NCBI RefSeq assembly: GCF_003334785.1
Contig: NZ_QOWV01000008.1
Reading direction: 5' to 3' (one strand)
Source: Escherichia coli
Lineage (GTDB): Bacteria; Pseudomonadota; Gammaproteobacteria; Enterobacterales; Enterobacteriaceae
Length of the DNA stretch: 64,000 bases
Shown piece by piece: positions 38,740 through 50,486 of the stretch. The position numbers were made by a program, and so were the translations under genes. The first letter of the stretch is position 1, and every line of letters starts with the position of its first letter. A model generated the notes under the pieces. It saw only the letters and a list, made by a program, of their open reading frames with translations, was not told the origin of the DNA and did no database searches.

Positions 38740-38952
38740 AACTGTAACCTTCGAATTGTGGAGTCAGAGACAATCTCAGACACGAATACTTCTATCATAT
38801 CACTACACGGCGCTGGCTACAGCCATTCACCGAAAGTGGTATGCCTGAGCGTGATTTATGCTTATTTTTTGACAAGTACAAATGCTTCATCTCGTATCAA
38901 CCTATGGCTTTCGGTAATATGTGCTGAAATTTGCCCAGTCTGGAGAATCGCG

Positions 38953-40149
38953 ATGCGTGGAGATTTTTATCAGCAGTTAGCCAACGATCTGGAAACCGCT
39001 CGTGCGGAAGGATTGTTTAAAGAAGAGCGCATTATCACATCCGCTCAACAAGCGGATATCACTGTGGCGGATGGTAGCCACGTCATTAACTTTTGTGCCA
39101 ATAACTACCTGGGGCTGGCGAACCACCCGGAACTGATTGCGGCAGCAAAAGCGGGAATGGATTCTCATGGTTTCGGCATGGCTTCGGTGCGTTTTATTTG
39201 TGGCACTCAGGACAGCCACAAAGAGCTTGAGCAGAAGCTGGCTGCATTCCTGGGGATGGAAGATGCGATTCTCTACTCTTCCTGCTTTGATGCTAACGGT
39301 GGCCTGTTTGAAACACTGCTGGGTGCGGAAGACGCCATTATCTCCGACGCACTGAACCACGCGTCTATTATTGATGGTGTGCGTCTGTGTAAAGCTAAAC
39401 GCTATCGCTATGCCAACAACGATATGCAGGAGCTTGAAGCTCGTCTGAAAGAAGCGCGTGAAGCCGGTGCGCGTCATGTGCTGATTGCCACCGATGGTGT
39501 GTTCTCGATGGACGGCGTGATTGCCAATCTGAAGGGCGTTTGCAATCTGGCAGATAAATACGATGCCCTGGTGATGGTAGACGACTCCCACGCGGTCGGT
39601 TTTGTCGGTGAAAACGGTCGTGGTTCCCATGAATACTGCGATGTGATGGGCCGGGTCGATATTATCACCGGTACGCTTGGTAAAGCGCTGGGCGGGGCTT
39701 CTGGTGGTTATACCGCGGCGCGCAAAGAAGTGGTTGAGTGGCTACGCCAGCGTTCTCGTCCGTACCTGTTCTCCAACTCGCTGGCACCAGCGATTGTCGC
39801 CGCTTCCATCAAAGTGCTGGAGATGGTTGAAGCGGGCAGCGAGCTACGTGACCGTTTGTGGGCGAACGCGCGTCAGTTCCGTGAGCAAATGTCGGCGGCG
39901 GGCTTTACCCTGGCGGGAGCCGATCACGCCATTATTCCGGTCATGCTTGGCGATGCGGTAGTGGCGCAGAAATTTGCTCGTGAGCTGCAAAAAGAGGGGA
40001 TTTACGTCACCGGTTTCTTCTATCCGGTCGTTCCGAAAGGTCAGGCGCGTATTCGTACCCAGATGTCTGCGGCGCATACCTCTGAGCAAATTACGCGCGC
40101 AGTAGAAGCATTCACGCGTATTGGTAAACAACTGGGCGTTATCGCCTGA
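38953..40149 (+). CDS. kbl: 2-amino-3-ketobutyrate CoA ligase
   Basis: 398 aa from [20 protein letters not shown]; the ORF-track 571-aa version is an upstream read-through. Confidence 0.9.
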   Translation: MRGDFYQQLANDLETARAEGLFKEERIITSAQQADITVADGSHVINFCANNYLGLANHPELIAAAKAGMDSHGFGMASVRFICGTQDSHKELEQKLAAFLGMEDAILYSSCFDANGGLFETLLGAEDAIISDALNHASIIDGVRLCKAKRYRYANNDMQELEARLKEAREAGARHVLIATDGVFSMDGVIANLKGVCNLADKYDALVMVDDSHAVGFVGENGRGSHEYCDVMGRVDIITGTLGKALGGASGGYTAARKEVVEWLRQRSRPYLFSNSLAPAIVAASIKVLEMVEAGSELRDRLWANARQFREQMSAAGFTLAGADHAIIPVMLGDAVVAQKFARELQKEGIYVTGFFYPVVPKGQARIRTQMSAAHTSEQITRAVEAFTRIGKQLGVIA

Positions 40150-40158
40150 GGATGTGAA

Positions 40159-41184
40159 ATGAAAGCGTTATCCAAACTGAAAGCGGAAGAAGGCATCTGG
40201 ATGACCGACGTTCCTGAGCCGGAACTGGGTCATAACGATCTGCTGATTAAAATCCGTAAAACAGCCATCTGCGGGACTGACGTTCACATCTATAACTGGG
40301 ATGAGTGGTCGCAAAAAACCATCCCGGTGCCGATGGTCGTGGGCCATGAATATGTCGGTGAAGTGGTAGGTATTGGTCAGGAAGTGAAAGGCTTCAAGAT
40401 TGGCGATCGCGTTTCTGGCGAAGGCCATATCACTTGCGGTCACTGTCGCAACTGTCGTGGCGGTCGTACCCATCTGTGCCGCAACACGATCGGCGTCGGC
40501 GTTAACCGCCCGGGCTGCTTCGCCGAATATCTGGTGATTCCGGCGTTCAACGCCTTCAAAATTCCCGACAATATCTCCGACGATCTGGCTTCCATTTTTG
40601 ATCCCTTCGGTAATGCCGTGCATACCGCGCTGTCGTTCGATCTGGTTGGCGAGGATGTGCTGGTCTCTGGTGCAGGTCCGATAGGTATTATGGCTGCGGC
40701 GGTGGCGAAACACGTTGGTGCACGCAATGTGGTGATCACGGATGTTAATGAATATCGTCTCGAACTGGCGCGCAAAATGGGTATCACCCGTGCGGTCAAC
40801 GTCGCTAAAGAAAACCTTAATGATGTGATGGCAGAACTGGGTATGACCGAAGGCTTTGATGTCGGTCTGGAAATGTCCGGTGCGCCGCCAGCGTTTCGTA
40901 CCATGCTCGACACCATGAACCACGGCGGTCGTATTGCGATGTTGGGTATTCCACCTTCTGACATGTCGATAGACTGGACAAAAGTGATCTTTAAGGGCTT
41001 GTTCATTAAAGGCATTTACGGTCGTGAGATGTTTGAAACCTGGTACAAGATGGCGGCGCTGATTCAGTCTGGCCTCGATCTCTCGCCGATCATTACCCAT
41101 CGTTTCTCTATCGATGATTTCCAGAAGGGCTTTGACGCTATGCGTTCGGGCCAGTCCGGGAAAGTTATTCTGAGCTGGGATTAA
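40159..41184 (+). CDS. tdh: L-threonine 3-dehydrogenase
   Basis: 341 aa zinc-type alcohol dehydrogenase [27 protein letters not shown]. Confidence 0.95.
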   Translation: MKALSKLKAEEGIWMTDVPEPELGHNDLLIKIRKTAICGTDVHIYNWDEWSQKTIPVPMVVGHEYVGEVVGIGQEVKGFKIGDRVSGEGHITCGHCRNCRGGRTHLCRNTIGVGVNRPGCFAEYLVIPAFNAFKIPDNISDDLASIFDPFGNAVHTALSFDLVGEDVLVSGAGPIGIMAAAVAKHVGARNVVITDVNEYRLELARKMGITRAVNVAKENLNDVMAELGMTEGFDVGLEMSGAPPAFRTMLDTMNHGGRIAMLGIPPSDMSIDWTKVIFKGLFIKGIYGREMFETWYKMAALIQSGLDLSPIITHRFSIDDFQKGFDAMRSGQSGKVILSWD

Positions 41185-41191
41185 CACGAAC

Positions 41192-41217
41192 AAGGGCTGG
41201 TATTCCAGCCCTTTTAT
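41192..41217 (+). terminator. Intrinsic terminator of kbl-tdh
   Basis: gggctgg-tatt-ccagccc hairpin followed by TTTTAT. Confidence 0.55.
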
Positions 41218-41422
41218 CTGAGGATAATCTGTTAAATATGTAAAATCCTGTCAGTGTAATAAAGAGTTCGTAATTGTGCTGATCTCTTATATAGCTGCTC
41301 TCATTATCTCTCTACCCTGAAGTGACTCTCTCACCTGTAAAAATAATATCTCACAGGCTTAATAGTTTCTTAATACAAAGCCTGTAAAACGTCAGGATAA
41401 CTTCAGAGGTCGTCGGTAATTT

Positions 41423-42457
41423 ATGATGAACAGCACCAATAAACTTAGTGTTATTATTCCGTTATATAATGCGGGCGATGATTTCCGCACTTGTATGGAA
41501 TCTTTAATTACGCAAACCTGGACTGCTCTGGAAATCATTATTATTAACGATGGTTCAACGGATAATTCTGTTGAAATAGCAAAGCATTACGCAGAAAACT
41601 ATCCGCACGTTCGTTTGTTGCATCAGGCGAATGCTGGCGCATCGGTGGCGCGTAATCGTGGGATTGAAGTGGCAACGGGCAAATATGTCGCTTTTGTCGA
41701 TGCTGACGATGAAGTCTATCCCACCATGTACGAAACGCTGATGACCATGGCGTTAGAGGACGACCTCGACGTGGCGCAGTGCAACGCTGACTGGTGTTTT
41801 CGTGAAACGGGAGAAACCTGGCAATCCATCCCCACCGATCGCCTTCGCTCAACCGGCGTCTTAACCGGCCCGGACTGGCTGCGGATGGGGCTTTCTTCGC
41901 GCCGTTGGACTCACGTTGTCTGGATGGGGGTTTATCGCCGTGATGTTATTGTTAAAAATAACATTAAATTTATTGCCGGATTACATCATCAGGATATTGT
42001 CTGGACAACAGAATTCATGTTTAACGCGCTGCGTGCGCGATATACCGAGCAATCATTATATAAATATTATCTGCATAATACGTCAGTGAGTCGGTTGCAT
42101 AGACAAGGGAATAAAAACCTTAATTATCAACGTCACTATATTAAGATTACCCGCCTGCTGGAGAAATTAAATCGAAATTATGCCGACAAAATTATGATTT
42201 ATCCGGAATTTCATCAGCAAATAACTTACGAGGCATTGCGTGTTTGCCATGCGGTGCGCAAAGAGCCGGATATTCTTACCCGCCAACGGATGATTGCCGA
42301 GATATTTACTTCCGGTATGTATAAGCGCCTGATTACCAATGTGCGCAGCGTGAAGGTCGGTTACCAGGCGTTACTGTGGTCTTTCCGCTTATGGCAATGG
42401 CGCGACAAAACGCGGTCGCACCATCGCATTACGCGTAGCGCCTTTAATTTGCGCTAG
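41423..42457 (+). CDS. waaH: GT2-family glycosyltransferase WaaH (YibD)
   Basis: 344 aa; LSVIIPLYNA and INDGSTD GT2 motifs. Confidence 0.85.
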   Translation: MMNSTNKLSVIIPLYNAGDDFRTCMESLITQTWTALEIIIINDGSTDNSVEIAKHYAENYPHVRLLHQANAGASVARNRGIEVATGKYVAFVDADDEVYPTMYETLMTMALEDDLDVAQCNADWCFRETGETWQSIPTDRLRSTGVLTGPDWLRMGLSSRRWTHVVWMGVYRRDVIVKNNIKFIAGLHHQDIVWTTEFMFNALRARYTEQSLYKYYLHNTSVSRLHRQGNKNLNYQRHYIKITRLLEKLNRNYADKIMIYPEFHQQITYEALRVCHAVRKEPDILTRQRMIAEIFTSGMYKRLITNVRSVKVGYQALLWSFRLWQWRDKTRSHHRITRSAFNLR

Positions 42458-43403
42458 CGTTAAACTTCGCCGCTTCGGGCTGTTTGCCCCAGCCTTGCCA
42501 CTGATGCTGGAAGTAAACGATCAGCGTGCTCTGGCTGATGCTTTCGCTTAATACTTCAAAGAAGCGATTAGCATAAACAGGTTCTATCGGTTTCTTCGGT
42601 TTGCACAGCTTCACGCCACGGAACGGATTACGCGGTGCATCAGGCACAGCGTTTTTCGGCGGTGTAGAAGTATCAACCTGCGGTTCATTCAGCAAGCTGC
42701 TGGCTTTCACCAGCGTAATGTCTGGCGGCAGGTTATAAACCATCTGTTGTAGCACGCGTACCGTTGAAGGGTGAGGATGCCCAATGGCAATGGTTGAACC
42801 GTTGCGACGCGCCAGATCAATTGCGCGATTAAATTGCACACGGATGTCCGCTTCGTTCTGCGAATCGTCGAGGAACACCTTCCGTTTGATCACCTTCACG
42901 CCAGTACCTTGCGCGGCGCGCATCGCCTGGGTATTACCGATGGTTACGCTGTCGAGGAAGTAAAGATTGTAACGCTCCAGTGCCTGCATCACTTTCTGCA
43001 TACCAAACAGGTTAGAGGTCATCTTGCTACCCATGTGGTTGTTGATCCCCACGGCATAGGGCACGTTATTGACCGCACTACGAATAATGCGCTCAATTTC
43101 GTCGCTGCTCATCTCCGGGCGCAGCGTATTTTTCTCCAGCGGCTGTTTACTCAGTGGTGCCATCGGGAGATGAATCAACACTTCGTGCCCGCTGTTATGC
43201 GCTTTGGTCGCCATCTCTCTGGCGTGCGGTGAATCGGGTAATACAGCGACGGAGATAGCGGAGGGCATCGCCAGCACCTGGTTTTCGTTGTGCGGGCGAT
43301 ACCCAAAATCATCAATGACGATGGCAAGTTTGCCAGCAAGTACGGGGGAGGAGAGCGCCAACAGAGCGGCAAATGCAAGAACGTTACGACGAAATGGAAA
43401 CAA
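42444..43403 (-). CDS. yibQ: Divergent polysaccharide deacetylase family protein YibQ
   Basis: 319 aa with signal peptide MFPFRRNVLAFAALLALSSPVLAG. Confidence 0.85.
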   Translation of the reverse strand: MFPFRRNVLAFAALLALSSPVLAGKLAIVIDDFGYRPHNENQVLAMPSAISVAVLPDSPHAREMATKAHNSGHEVLIHLPMAPLSKQPLEKNTLRPEMSSDEIERIIRSAVNNVPYAVGINNHMGSKMTSNLFGMQKVMQALERYNLYFLDSVTIGNTQAMRAAQGTGVKVIKRKVFLDDSQNEADIRVQFNRAIDLARRNGSTIAIGHPHPSTVRVLQQMVYNLPPDITLVKASSLLNEPQVDTSTPPKNAVPDAPRNPFRGVKLCKPKKPIEPVYANRFFEVLSESISQSTLIVYFQHQWQGWGKQPEAAKFNASAN

Positions 43404-43406
43404 AAC

Positions 43407-44666
43407 TTATCTTCCCAACCACGGCTGTGGATTGACCGCCTGACCCTGGCGGCGAATTTCGAAATAGAGTGAAGGCCGACCCTGACCGCCACTGCTGCCC
43501 ACCAGTGCAATTGGCTGGCCCGCGCGAACCTGCGAACCAACGCTCACCAGTGCGCTCTGATTATAGCCGTAAAGACTCATGTCGCCTTTACCGTGCTCAA
43601 CCACCACCACCAGACCGTAACCTTGCAGCCAGTCAGCCAGAATCACCCGACCGTCGGCAATCGCTTTAACTTCAGTACCTTCAGAGGCACCGATAACCAT
43701 TCCTTTCCAGCGTAGTTCGCCCTGTAGCTGTTCACCATAGCGATGCAGCGTCGGCCCGCGAACCGGCCAGAATGCCTGACCACGCGGCGCACCCAGACCA
43801 CCGGTACGGGACATCAGCGATTTTTCGCTTTCAGTCGGTTTGTAGGTGGTGCCTTTACGCGTCGCTTCTTTCTGGCGGTCGCGAACCGCCTGGGCCTCAC
43901 GCGCTTCTCGTTCAGCACGCGCTTTCGCCGCGGCTTCCGCACGGGCAATGCTGTTACGCAGACGGGATTCGTTGGCACGCAGTTCACTTAGCTGCTGCTG
44001 ACCTTGCTGGATGGAAGATTCCAGCCCCGCCAGCGTCTTTTTACGCTCGTTCAGAGCCTGAGTCAGTTTCGCCTGTTGGGCGCGCTGTTCATATAACAGC
44101 GTTTGTTGCTCGCTTTGTTTCTCTTCCAGTTCAGCACGCTGCATGGCGACTTCTTCACGCGTTTGCTTCAACTGGGCAATGGTTTCTTGTCGCGCCTGGT
44201 TGAGATAGCCGAAATAAGCCTGTAAACGCTGTCCACGCTGGCTTTCTTCACCGCTGAGAATTAGCTGAATACCGGTATGCTCGCCCTGACGGAATGCGGC
44301 ATCCAGTTGTGCGGCGAGGCTGCGCTCCTGGGCGGCTTTTTGCTGCTCCAGTTTGGCAATCGACGCGTTCATCTCATCAATCTGTTTATTGAGTTGATTG
44401 AGCGTGTTTTGCGTTTCGCGCAGCTTACGGGTGGCTTCAGAGATCGCTTCTTCCTGCTTTTTCAATTGTGCGAGCAGGCTTGCGCGTTGTTGTTGCTTTT
44501 GGCGTACCGCGCGCTCTTTCGCGGCGATATCGGCCTGAATAGATTTGAGTTGGTCACGCTCATCCGCGTGGGCGGAAAAGGCGCACAACAATACGCCAGC
44601 GCTAAGAACGCTGGCGTAGATGATGGGCCTGATTGCAAACCTGCGCGGTTTCACGGCCCGTGTCAT
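43407..44666 (-). CDS. envC: Murein hydrolase activator EnvC
   Basis: 419 aa from MTRAVKPRRF; long coiled-coil plus C-terminal LytM-like domain. Confidence 0.9.
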   Translation of the reverse strand: MTRAVKPRRFAIRPIIYASVLSAGVLLCAFSAHADERDQLKSIQADIAAKERAVRQKQQQRASLLAQLKKQEEAISEATRKLRETQNTLNQLNKQIDEMNASIAKLEQQKAAQERSLAAQLDAAFRQGEHTGIQLILSGEESQRGQRLQAYFGYLNQARQETIAQLKQTREEVAMQRAELEEKQSEQQTLLYEQRAQQAKLTQALNERKKTLAGLESSIQQGQQQLSELRANESRLRNSIARAEAAAKARAEREAREAQAVRDRQKEATRKGTTYKPTESEKSLMSRTGGLGAPRGQAFWPVRGPTLHRYGEQLQGELRWKGMVIGASEGTEVKAIADGRVILADWLQGYGLVVVVEHGKGDMSLYGYNQSALVSVGSQVRAGQPIALVGSSGGQGRPSLYFEIRRQGQAVNPQPWLGR

Positions 44667-44699
44667 GGTATTAATCGCCTTTCCCCTCATGGGGAGGGA

Positions 44700-46244
44700 T
44701 TATTCCACGATGAACAGCGGCTTACCAGTCATCTCTTGCGGGATTTCCATACCCATCAGCGACAACATGGTCGGCGCGATGTCAGAAAGTTTGCCGCCTG
44801 CAACCGCTTTCACGTTCTTATCACCAACGTAAATCAGCGGAACTGGCAGGTTGGTGTGTGCCGTGTGTGCCTGACCCGTTGCCGGATCGCGCATCTGTTC
44901 AGCGTTACCGTGGTCAGCGGTGATCAGCAGTTGTCCACCCACGGACTCAACCGCTTTCGCGACTTCTTCCACGCAGTGATCCAGTGCTTCAACCGCTTTA
45001 ACCGCCGCTTCCATCACCCCGGTGTGACCTACCATGTCGCCGTTCGGATAGTTACAGATAATGGTGTCGTATTTGCCGCTCTTGATGGCCGCAACCAGTT
45101 TTTCGGTCAGCTCTGCGGAGCTCATTTCCGGTTGCAGATCGTAGGTAGCCACTTTCGGTGAGTTGATCAGAATGCGATCTTCGCCTTTGAACGACTCTTC
45201 TACGCCACCGTTGAAGAAGAAAGTAACGTGGGCATATTTTTCGGTTTCGGAAATACGCAACTGAGTTTTGTCGTTTTTCGCCATCCACTCGCCGAAGGTG
45301 TTAACCAGGGAAGCGGGTGGGTAAGCAACCGCAGTTTTGATGTCAGCGGCGTATTCGGTCAGCATCACGAAATCGACGTTAACCACTTTCTTACGCGCGA
45401 AGCCGTCGAAATCTGCGTTTACGAATGCACGAGTGATTTCGCGCGCGCGGTCAGCACGGAAGTTCATGAAAATCAGCGCATCGCCGTCTTCCATTGCCGC
45501 ATCTGGCTGACCTTCTGCACGAATAACGGTCGCTTTCACGAACTCGTCGTTTTCGTCGCGAGCATAAGCTGCCTGCAAACCAGCAACGGCAGTATCGGCC
45601 TGGAACTCACCCTGCGCCAGAGTCAGCAGGTCATAGGCTTTTTCAACGCGATCCCAACGGTTATCGCGGTCCATCGCGTAGTAACGACCAATGATGGACG
45701 CTACGCGGCCTTTACCCAGCGCAGCAAATTTCTCTTCAAATTTTTTCAGCGAGGATTCAGCACTGCGCGGCGGGGTGTCGCGACCGTCAAGGAATGCGTG
45801 CAGGTAGATTTTTTCTGCGCCGCGTTCAGCTGCCAGTTCTACCATCGCCATGATGTGATCTTCGTGGCTGTGTACGCCGCCTGCGGAGAGCAGACCCATA
45901 ATGTGTACTGCTTTACCTGCGTTTTTCGCTTTATCTACCGCGCCAGTCAGCACTGGATTAGCAAAGAAAGCGCGATCTTTGATTTCAACGTCCAGACGAG
46001 TCAGGTCCTGATACACGATGCGGCCGGCACCCAGGTTAACGTGGCCTACTTCGGAGTTACCCATCTGACGGTCAGGCAGACCGACTTCCAGACCGGAAGC
46101 GTCGATCAGGGTATGCGGACGATTGGCCCACAGTGCATCCATTACCGGGGTTTTAGCACTAAAAATGGCGTTATCCTGCTGTTCTTCACGATAGCCATAG
46201 CCATCCAGAATCACCAGTACCATAGGTTTTTTAGAAACCGACAT
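44700..46244 (-). CDS. gpmM: 2,3-bisphosphoglycerate-independent phosphoglycerate mutase
   Basis: 514 aa from [19 protein letters not shown]. Confidence 0.9.
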
Positions 46245-46488
46245 TGCGACAACCTCATACTCAAGAGTCAAAATTTGCGTAATTTTACTACAGCTGAATC
46301 GATAAAATAGCCTCTGAAGATCAAAATATACGACCGCTCGCGGCAAGCCGATGCCAGATTTGCGCTTTTTTTTCGTCGTGCCCCGCAAAATTGCATTCCA
46401 GTTAACGCGCTGGCTGTATTTGCCGCACCGCGCAGGTATACTCCTTTCCTGGTTTTTTTAATCACTACGTCGGGAGTTGTTACCCCCC

Positions 46489-46920
46489 ATGCAAGAAATT
46501 ATGCAATTTGTTGGCCGTCATCCCATACTGAGTATCGCCTGGATCGCGTTACTGGTGGCGGTTCTTGTGACTACGTTTAAGAGCCTGACCTCGAAAGTGA
46601 AGGTGATTACTCGTGGTGAAGCTACGCGTCTGATCAACAAAGAAGACGCTGTGGTTGTGGATTTACGTCAGCGTGATGACTTCCGTAAAGGCCATATCGC
46701 AGGTTCTATCAATCTGTTGCCGAGCGAAATCAAAGCCAACAATGTTGGTGAGCTTGAGAAGCACAAAGACAAACCGGTTATCGTGGTAGACGGTTCTGGC
46801 ATGCAGTGCCAGGAGCCTGCAAACGCGCTGACGAAAGCTGGTTTTGCGCAAGTATTCGTGCTGAAAGAGGGCGTTGCTGGCTGGGCTGGCGAAAACTTGC
46901 CTCTGGTGCGCGGCAAATAA
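46489..46920 (+). CDS. yibN: Rhodanese-domain inner membrane protein YibN
   Basis: 143 aa from [12 protein letters not shown]. Confidence 0.85.
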
Positions 46921-47061
46921 TTTACCTGTCGTCTTTCATGATGCAGGCCGTTAGCTGCAATTAGGCCCCCAGCGACTTATTGTTATAAGCTTCTGGGGAC
47001 ACTCCATTTTGCAGCCGCCCTGCAACATGAAATTTCAGGGTAAAAAAACAGGAGCTAAATT

Positions 47062-47313
47062 ATGGCCAATGTTGAAATCTATACCAAAGAAACCTGCCCG
47101 TATTGCCATCGTGCAAAAGCACTGCTGAGCAGCAAGGGCGTGAGTTTTCAGGAGTTGCCGATCGATGGCAATGCCGCCAAGCGTGAAGAGATGATCAAAC
47201 GCAGCGGTCGCACCACGGTTCCCCAGATTTTTATTGACGCACAGCACATTGGCGGCTGTGATGACTTGTATGCATTGGATGCACGTGGTGGACTGGATCC
47301 CCTGCTGAAATAA
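47062..47313 (+). CDS. grxC: Glutaredoxin 3
   Basis: 83 aa with CPYC active site. Confidence 0.95.
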
Positions 47314-47375
47314 CGTGTGAACGTTGGCATTACATTGCGCAGTATTTAAGGACAACACTTAAGGGTTTTCTACAC

Positions 47376-47843
47376 ATGTCAGAACAAAACAACACTGAAA
47401 TGACTTTCCAGATCCAACGTATTTATACCAAGGATATCTCTTTCGAAGCGCCGAACGCGCCGCACGTTTTCCAGAAAGATTGGCAACCAGAAGTTAAACT
47501 TGATCTGGATACGGCATCTTCCCAACTGGCAGATGACGTATACGAAGTGGTACTGCGTGTTACCGTAACGGCCTCCCTGGGCGAAGAAACCGCGTTCCTG
47601 TGTGAAGTTCAGCAGGGCGGTATTTTCTCCATCGCGGGTATCGAAGGCACCCAGATGGCACATTGCCTGGGCGCATACTGCCCGAACATTCTGTTCCCGT
47701 ATGCTCGTGAGTGCATCACCAGCATGGTATCCCGCGGTACATTCCCGCAACTGAACCTTGCGCCGGTTAACTTCGATGCGCTGTTCATGAACTATTTGCA
47801 GCAGCAGGCTGGCGAAGGTACTGAAGAACATCAGGATGCCTGA
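47376..47843 (+). CDS. secB: Protein-export chaperone SecB
   Basis: 155 aa [29 protein letters not shown]... Confidence 0.95.
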
Positions 47844-48862
47844 TGAACCAACGTAATGCTTCAATGACTGTGATCGGTGCCGGCTCGTACGGCACCGCTC
47901 TTGCCATTACCCTGGCAAGAAATGGCCACGAGGTTGTCCTCTGGGGCCATGACCCTGAACATATCGCAACGCTTGAACGCGACCGCTGTAACGCCGCGTT
48001 TCTCCCCGATGTGCCTTTTCCCGATACGCTCCATCTTGAAAGCGATCTCGCCACTGCGCTGGCAGCCAGCCGTAATATTCTCGTCGTCGTACCCAGCCAT
48101 GTCTTTGGTGAAGTGCTGCGCCAGATTAAACCGCTGATGCGTCCTGATGCGCGTCTGGTGTGGGCGACCAAAGGGCTGGAAGCGGAAACCGGGCGTCTGT
48201 TACAGGACGTGGCCCGCGAGGCGTTAGGCGATCAAATTCCGCTGGCGGTTATCTCTGGCCCAACGTTTGCGAAAGAACTGGCGGCAGGTTTACCGACAGC
48301 TATTTCGCTGGCCTCGACCGATCAGACCTTTGCTGATGATCTTCAGCAGCTGCTGCACTGCGGCAAAAGTTTCCGCGTTTACAGTAACCCGGATTTCATT
48401 GGCGTGCAGCTTGGCGGCGCGGTGAAAAACGTCATTGCCATTGGTGCGGGGATGTCCGACGGTATCGGTTTTGGTGCGAATGCGCGTACGGCGCTGATCA
48501 CCCGTGGGCTGGCTGAAATGTCGCGTCTTGGCGCGGCGCTGGGTGCCGATCCTGCCACCTTTATGGGCATGGCGGGGCTGGGGGATCTGGTGCTTACCTG
48601 TACCGACAACCAGTCGCGTAACCGCCGTTTTGGCATGATGCTCGGTCAGGGCATGGATGTACAAAGCGCGCAGGAGAAGATTGGTCAGGTGGTGGAAGGC
48701 TACCGCAATACGAAAGAAGTCCGCGAACTGGCGCATCGCTTCGGCGTTGAAATGCCAATAACCGAGGAAATTTATCAAGTATTATATTGCGGAAAAAACG
48801 CGCGCGAGGCAGCATTGACGTTATTAGGTCGTGCACGCAAGGACGAGCGCAGCAGCCACTAA
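47843..48862 (+). CDS. gpsA: Glycerol-3-phosphate dehydrogenase [NAD(P)+]
   Basis: 339 aa; Rossmann [12 protein letters not shown]; ATGA overlap with secB stop. Confidence 0.95.
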   Translation: MNQRNASMTVIGAGSYGTALAITLARNGHEVVLWGHDPEHIATLERDRCNAAFLPDVPFPDTLHLESDLATALAASRNILVVVPSHVFGEVLRQIKPLMRPDARLVWATKGLEAETGRLLQDVAREALGDQIPLAVISGPTFAKELAAGLPTAISLASTDQTFADDLQQLLHCGKSFRVYSNPDFIGVQLGGAVKNVIAIGAGMSDGIGFGANARTALITRGLAEMSRLGAALGADPATFMGMAGLGDLVLTCTDNQSRNRRFGMMLGQGMDVQSAQEKIGQVVEGYRNTKEVRELAHRFGVEMPITEEIYQVLYCGKNAREAALTLLGRARKDERSSH

Positions 48863-48941
48863 CCTCAGGGAACCTTTGTTACCGCTATGACCCGGCCCGC
48901 GCAGAACGGGCCGGTCATTATCTCATCGTGTGGAGTAAGCA

Positions 48942-49763
48942 ATGTCGTGTGAAGAACTGGAAATTGTCTGGAACAATATTAAAGCCGAAGCCAGAACGCT
49001 GGCGGACTGTGAGCCAATGCTGGCCAGTTTTTACCACGCGACGCTACTCAAACACGAAAACCTTGGCAGTGCACTGAGCTACATGCTGGCGAACAAGCTG
49101 TCATCGCCAATTATGCCTGCTATTGCTATCCGTGAAGTGGTGGAAGAAGCCTACGCCGCTGACCCGGAAATGATCGCCTCTGCGGCCTGTGATATTCAGG
49201 CGGTGCGTACCCGCGACCCGGCAGTCGATAAATACTCAACCCCGTTGTTATACCTGAAGGGTTTTCATGCCTTGCAGGCCTATCGCATCGGTCACTGGTT
49301 GTGGAATCAGGGGCGTCGCGCACTGGCAATCTTTCTGCAAAACCAGGTTTCTGTGACGTTCCAGGTCGATATTCACCCGGCAGCAAAAATTGGTCGCGGT
49401 ATCATGCTTGACCACGCGACAGGCATCGTCGTTGGTGAAACGGCGGTGATTGAAAACGACGTATCGATTCTGCAATCTGTGACGCTTGGCGGTACGGGTA
49501 AATCTGGTGGTGACCGTCACCCGAAAATTCGTGAAGGTGTGATGATTGGCGCGGGCGCGAAAATCCTCGGCAATATTGAAGTTGGGCGCGGCGCGAAGAT
49601 TGGCGCAGGTTCCGTGGTGCTGCAACCGGTGCCGCCGCATACCACCGCCGCTGGCGTTCCGGCTCGTATTGTCGGTAAACCAGACAGCGATAAGCCATCA
49701 ATGGATATGGACCAGCATTTCAACGGTATTAACCATACATTTGAGTATGGGGATGGGATCTAA
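48942..49763 (+). CDS. cysE: Serine O-acetyltransferase
   Basis: 273 aa with hexapeptide repeats. Confidence 0.95.
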   Translation: MSCEELEIVWNNIKAEARTLADCEPMLASFYHATLLKHENLGSALSYMLANKLSSPIMPAIAIREVVEEAYAADPEMIASAACDIQAVRTRDPAVDKYSTPLLYLKGFHALQAYRIGHWLWNQGRRALAIFLQNQVSVTFQVDIHPAAKIGRGIMLDHATGIVVGETAVIENDVSILQSVTLGGTGKSGGDRHPKIREGVMIGAGAKILGNIEVGRGAKIGAGSVVLQPVPPHTTAAGVPARIVGKPDSDKPSMDMDQHFNGINHTFEYGDGI

Positions 49764-49815
49764 TGTCCTGTGATCGTGCCGGATGCGATGTAATCATCTA
49801 TCCGGCCTACAGTAA

Positions 49816-50289
49816 CTAATCTCTCAATACCGCTCCCGGATACCCCAACTGCCGCCAGGCTTCATACACCACTACCGACACCGCATTGGACAGATTCATG
49901 CTGCGGCTGTCCGGCACCATCGGAATGCGAATTTTTTGTTCAGCGGGCAGGGCATCAAGAATGCTCGCTGGCAGGCCGCGTGTTTCCGGGCCGAACATCA
50001 GATAATCGCCATCCTGATAGCTTACGGCGCTGTGAGCAGGTGTACCTTTCGTGGTGAGGGCGAACAGGCGCTGGGGATTTTCTGCTTCGAGGAACGCGCG
50101 ATAGTCATGATGACGCGTAACGGCGGTAAACTCGTGATAGTCCAGCCCCGCGCGGCGCAGGCGCTTATCGTCCCAGGCAAATCCCATCGGTTCGATGATA
50201 TGCAGACGAAAGCCGGTATTAGCGCAAAGACGGATGATGTTGCCAGTATTTGGCGGAATTTCTGGTTCGTAAAGTACGATGTTTAGCAT
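49816..50289 (-). CDS. trmL: tRNA (cytidine/uridine-2'-O)-methyltransferase TrmL
   Basis: 157 aa SPOUT-family [24 protein letters not shown]. Confidence 0.9.
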   Translation of the reverse strand: MLNIVLYEPEIPPNTGNIIRLCANTGFRLHIIEPMGFAWDDKRLRRAGLDYHEFTAVTRHHDYRAFLEAENPQRLFALTTKGTPAHSAVSYQDGDYLMFGPETRGLPASILDALPAEQKIRIPMVPDSRSMNLSNAVSVVVYEAWRQLGYPGAVLRD

Positions 50290-50486
50290 ACTGCCCCCTT
50301 AGTGCGGGGGCAGGATAGCAGAAAATTGGTGAGCAGTGCGGCCTTTTCCCCTCACCCCGGCCCTCTCCCCGGAGGGGCGAGGGAGAAAAAAAGAGTGCGG
50401 TGTCGTTTCAGAGTGAGGGAGTACATACAGCGCCGAACGGTCCCCTCTCCCTGAGGGAGAGGGTTAGGGTGAGGGGGCGCAAACGA
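50290..50486. repeat. GC-rich nested palindromic repeat cluster in the lldD-trmL intergenic region
   Basis: 8-bp perfect hairpin ctgccccc/gggggcag; nested inverted modules CCCTCACCC, CCCTCTCCCC, GGGAGAGGG and GGGTGAGGG over about 140 bp. Confidence 0.5.

Noticed and set aside
38434-40149. 571-aa plus-strand ORF spanning the hldD 5' end and kbl
   Set aside because: It is an upstream in-frame extension of kbl with no stop; the real kbl start is ATG at 38953, and the extension overlaps hldD on the other strand.
40168-41193. 341-aa minus-strand ORF exactly antisense to tdh
   Set aside because: Antisense open frame within a well-defined gene; no independent start context; composition looks non-protein (R/H/T-rich).
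44277-46310. Long plus-strand ORFs (294 and 360 aa) antisense to envC and gpmM
   Set aside because: Shadow ORFs of highly expressed genes; low-complexity R/H/F-rich translations.
50290-50486. Possible CRISPR array or tRNA in the GC-rich repeats
   Set aside because: No regularly spaced direct repeats with unique spacers and no cloverleaf; the structure is nested palindromes typical of REP/BIME-type elements.
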